Shown: positions 59,290-64,000 of the stretch, in pieces
How positions within the stretch are numbered: the stretch's first letter is position 1
Layout: every line of letters begins with the position of its first letter
Assembly (NCBI RefSeq): GCF_963921235.1
Contig: NC_086097.1
Location: 200,324,001-200,388,000, forward strand
Origin: Mobula hypostoma
Taxonomy: Eukaryota
Reading direction: 5' to 3'
Length of the DNA: 64,000 nt
Notes under the pieces: generated by a model
What the model was told of the DNA's origin: nothing
What the model saw: the letters and a program-made list of their open reading frames with translations, nothing else
Database searches by the model: none
Translations under genes and position numbers: made by a program

Positions 59290-62200
59290 TGTAGGCAAGA
59301 TGGTAGTCAAGGTGACGGAGTGCTCCTTCTGTAAGATGTGTCATATGAGGCTACCCGACAGTCTCCCTGATGACTATATCTATGGGAAGTTAACCCAACT
59401 TCAGCTCCTGACTGATAAGGTCAAGGAACTGGAGTTGGAAGACACTTAGGACTATCTGGAAAACTGAAAACCTCATAGATGAAACTTTTACTGAGGTGGT
59501 CACACCCAGAGTGCAGGCTTCAGGCAGCTGACCACCAGGGGAGACAGCAGTCAGTGCAGGGTTCCCTCTTCAGCAAGTACACCCATTTGGATACTGCTGG
59601 GAGGGATAAACTATCAGCACATAGCAGGAGGAGTCAGGCTACTGGGACCGTGGCTGCACTGAAGCTCGGCAGGGAAGGGTAAAGTCAGGCTGAGCAATAA
59701 TGATACAAGAGTTGACAGTTAGGGGGATAGACAGGAGATTTTGCGGCCTCAAAAGAGGCACCAGGGTCCCAGAGTCCCACATGTCTCAGAGCAGCTACAG
59801 AATATTCCCAAGGAGGAGGACGTACAAGCAGAGGTTGCACACTGGCACCATTGACATGGGTAGACAGGGGGAAGGGGTACTGCACAATGAGTATAGGGAG
59901 TTAGGAAAGAGGCTGAAGATCAGGACCTGCATGGTGGTAATCTCTGAATAGAACTCAAAAATAGAAAGGGTGCAATCACTCTGATGGGATTGTACTACAG
60001 ACCCCCTTCCCTCCTCCAATAGCAACTTCCATAATATAAACTGGAACCGTCTTAGTACATGAGGTTTAGATGGGGCAAAATTTGTCAAGGGTATCCAGCT
60101 GATTTCTTAAATCAATATGTGTGGTAGGTAGTCCAACAAGAGATAGGCTGTACTGGACCTGCTACTCATTAATGACCCAGGCCAGGTGACCGACCTTTCA
60201 GTGGCTGAGCAGTTAGGGAACAGTGGCCACAAATCCTTAAGCTTTAAGATAGCTACAAATAAGGACAAGCATGGAGCTGGCGGGAAGTATTAAATTGGAG
60301 CCCGGCACATATCAGAACATTAATCAGGAACTAGGGAGCTAATTGGAAACTGCTCTTTTTGGGCAAGTCCATATCCGACAGGTGGAGGGTGTTTCAAGAT
60401 CAAATGCACAGTACGGGACAGGTATGCTTCAGTCCTGAAGCATAGGGAGGACAAGGATGACAAGGTAAGAGAAACTCGGATGTCAAGAGAGGCAATGAAG
60501 TTGACAAGAAGAAAAAATATATTCATAGCTCAGGAAACTACAATCCTTTACGATTATAAAGAAGCCAGAGAAGAACTCAGGAAGGGAATTAGGAAAATCA
60601 GAAGAGGTCATGAAATGTTTTCTTTTACAAGTAGGATTAAAGAGAATCACAAGGCATTCTTTACATACATCAAGAACAAGGGGATAACTAGGGAGAGGGT
60701 AGAACCAGGTTGTTATAACCAGGGGTGGTGGTGGGGATAAGCCTCCATTGCCTATTAAATTCTCCCAATGGTATGTGTTTCAAATAGCCTCTAACAACCA
60801 AGTCCAGCTGCTGGCCTTCACGTGTGGCTTAGCTACTAACCCCAATGGAACCATTTCAAGAGAAGGGGCAAAGGTGGGTTACTGGTGCCTTAAAACCAGT
60901 TGCCTCAGGTAGATGGGGCTTGTCAGCCACGGTTAACAGCTCATCTACGAGAAGGAAATCTCTGATATCAAATCTCCGATATCAAATCTCCATTGCCCTG
61001 CGGATATACTCACTCATGGGAAGGCTTCGTGAGTAAACCCCAAGAAAAAATCTGGAGCTGGAGTCCCTAAGACAGTCTTACATTGAGTACAATGCTGACT
61101 GGCGACTCCCACAATGCCATCATATTGGATTCTGCACTTCCTTTGTATTCCTCAGCTGCATGAAGAGGGGGAGCATGCTACATGAGCAACAGCTTACTCT
61201 CCATATCATACTGCCCTGGGTTGAGTATCACATAAACAGCTGGGACACAGCATCCATGGCCAACCCCAGCCCAAGGAGATCCGCAGGTAGAACTACTCTA
61301 GGATAAAGGAGGGGAGGGGAGCATTTGCTTGGATGTGGAGGATGTGGTCGAGGTCCTTAATGAGTACTTTACATGGCATTGTCCAGGCAAGTCATGTCTT
61401 ACTAACTGATTGAGTTTTTCTGATAAGCTGACGAGGGTGATTGACAAAGGTAGAGCTGTGGAAGTTATCTACATGGATTTTAGTAAGGTACCCCATTAGT
61501 GGCTCATCCAGAAGATGAAGGTGCAACAATCTTTTCGTGAGTTTTAAAATGACCTGGATGAGGAAGTGGAGGGATGGCTAAGTAAATTTGCTGATGACAC
61601 AAAGGTTGGGGGTGTTGTGGATAGTGTGGAGGGCAGTCAGAGATTACAGCGGGACATTGATAGGATGCAAAACTGGGCTGAGAAGTGGCAGATGGAGTTC
61701 AACCCAGATAAGTGTGAGGTGGTTCATTTTGGTAGGTCAAATATGATGGCAGAATATAGTATTAGTGGTAAAGCTCTTGGCAGTGTGGAGGATCAGACTG
61801 ATTTTGGGGTCTGAGTCCAGAGGACACTCAAAGCTGCTACGCAGGTTGACTCTGTGGTTAAGAAAGCGTACAGTGCATTGGCCTTCATCAACCGTGGGAT
61901 TGAGTTTAAGAGCCAAGAGGTAATGTTGCAGCTATATAGAACCCTGATCAGACCTGACTTAGAGTACATTATGGGAATCATGTGTATGCCTCCAAATAAT
62001 AGCCAAGATGTACGGTTGAGATTGCAAAGGGAGCTGGAGAAGGCTATAATAATGGTAATGACACAATGGTAATAGGGACTTCAATGGGTTGAGAAATGGC
62101 AGATGGAGTTCAACCCAGATAAGTGTGAGGTGGTTCATTTTGGTAGGTCAAATATGATGGCAGAATATAGTATTAATGGTAAGACGCCTGGCAGTGTGGA

Positions 62201-63450
62201 AGGTCAGAGGGATCTTGGGGTCCGAGTCCATATGACACTCAAAGCAGCTGCGCAGGTTGTCTCTGTGGATAAGAAACCATATAGTGTATTGGCCTTCGTC
62301 AATCGTAGACTTGAATTTAGGAGCCAAGAGGTACTGTTGCAGCTATATAGAACCCTGGTCAGACCCCACTTGGAGTACTGTGCTCAGTTCTGGTTGCCTC
62401 ACTACAGGAAGTATGTGGAAACAAGAGAAGGGTGCAAAGCAGATTTACAAGGATGTTGCCTGGATTAGGGAGCATGCCTTATGAGAATAGGTTGAGTTAA
62501 CTCGGCCTTTTCTCTTTGGAGTGATGGAGGATGAGAGGTGACCTGATAGAGGTGTATAAGATATTAAGAAGCATTGATTGTGTAGATAGTCAGAGGCTTT
62601 TTCCCAGGGCTGAAATGGCTAACATGAGAGGGCACAGTTTTAAGGTGCTTGGATGTAGGATAAGGTTTTTTTTTGTTGTCTTTTTTTTTACACAGAGAGT
62701 GGTGAATGCGTGGAATGGACTGCTGGCACCGGTGGTGGGGATGGATACAATAAGGCCTTTTAAGAGACTCTTGGATATACAGCTTAGAAAAAGAGAGGGC
62801 TATGGGTAACCCTAGGTAATTTCTAAAGTAAGAACATATTCGGCACAGTATTGTGGACCGAAAGGCCCGTATTGTGCTGTAGGCTTTCTATGTTTCTATG
62901 CATGCGATCTGTGGTGAATTTGCATTTGAATTCAAAACTGGCTTGCCCATAGAAGACAGAGAATAGTGGTCAAGCTGGGGGTTTGTGATTAGTGGTATTC
63001 CACAGGCATCAGTAGACCATAAGACATAGGAACGTAGGCCATTTGGCCTATCGAGTCTGCTTCACCATTCAATCATGACTGATCCTTTTTTCCCTTCCTC
63101 AGCCCCACCTCAGAGGTCTCAGTACTGGGACTTCTGGTGTTTGTGATGTATATAAATTACCTGTATGAAAATGTAGATTTATAGTTTAGTAAATTTACAG
63201 ATGATACGAAGATTGGCGGTGTTGCATATAGTGTAGAAGACTTGCAAAGGATACAGTGGGATATAGATCAGTTGCAAATCTGGATGGAGAAATGGCAGAT
63301 GGAGTTTAAAGTGGCCAAACGTGAGGTGTTGCACCTTGATAGGTGCAAAGGAATCTTGGGGTCGAAGTTGATACTTCCCAGAAAGTGCTACACAGATTGC
63401 TAGGGTGGTTAAGAAATCACATGGCAATCTTGCTTGTATTAGACCAGGCA
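59290..63450 (+). mobile_element. Long decayed CR1 LINE(s): ORF1 and ORF2 remnants, nested younger CR1 pieces and an RTE-like insertion (about 60706-61285)
   Basis: ORF1-like TVRGIDRRFCG remnant; KFADDTK and WQMEFNPDKCEV (twice); the insertion resembles the reverse complement of 38577-39148. Confidence 0.85.
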
Positions 63451-64000
63451 CTGAGTTCAAAAGTCAAGAAGGCACATTTTATTGTTATTGTTATTCTATT
63501 TTATTTAACGATAACCCCTTCGAGTCGCGCCGCCAACAGCCCACTGAGTTAACCCTAGCCTAATCACAGAACATTTTACAATGACCAATTAACCTACTAA
63601 CCTGTATACCTTTGCACTGTGGGAGATAAAAGGTGTTCAGAGATGATAGGGGAGAAAAGAAACACCTGATGGTGTGGCCATACTAAATAAGGAAGATATT
63701 TCTCCTGCAGGATCCATTTGGCGCTGAAGACAACCAAATGCATCCTGCAGGAGACATTACAGTGCTGCCACAAAACAACAGGTTTTATGACATGTGGTAT
63801 TAAACATGATTTGGATTCTGAAAGAATATCTTTATAAGAGTTCAAACAAGAACCTTGCACTCAACATCAGTGAGACCAAGGAATTAAGTTGTGGACTTCA
63901 GTCAAAAGGAACTCACACCAGACCTCATTGAGGGATCAACAATGGAAAGGGTGACCAGTTTCAAGTTCCTTAGTGTCAACATCTATCCTGGGCCCAATAT

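Noticed and set aside
61670..62380. Direct repeat of about 300 bp
   Set aside because: Two nested copies of the same CR1 segment; an ordinary LINE pile-up.
1..64000. CRISPR arrays, prokaryotic operons, rRNA or true tRNA genes
   Set aside because: None seen; the DNA is eukaryotic and the only A/B-box element is a SINE head.

Overview
AT-rich vertebrate genomic DNA, most likely a cartilaginous fish such as a ray (inferred from the repeat mix). The window is dominated by retroelement debris: CR1 LINEs (one young copy with a 557-aa open RT frame), Rex1/Babar-like and L2 fragments, RTE-like pieces, and Penelope-like elements (RT + GIY-YIG) whose terminal repeats carry minimal hammerhead-ribozyme motifs. 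It also holds a young tRNA-derived SINE, Tc1, pogo/Tigger and hAT DNA transposon remnants, and a solo LTR. Between the repeats, about 13 short GT-AG-bounded segments on the minus strand (53.3 kb to 1.2 kb) chain together with mostly matching intron phases. They give a roughly 570-aa protein whose motifs line up in order with telomere protein POT1 (OB1, OB2, split OB3 with Zn site and HJR-like insert) at very low identity. The model contains three in-frame stops and a 1-nt frameshift, so it looks like a decaying, intron-retaining, highly divergent POT1-like paralog. The POT1 comparison was made by eye against a recalled human sequence and needs an HMM or structure search to confirm.
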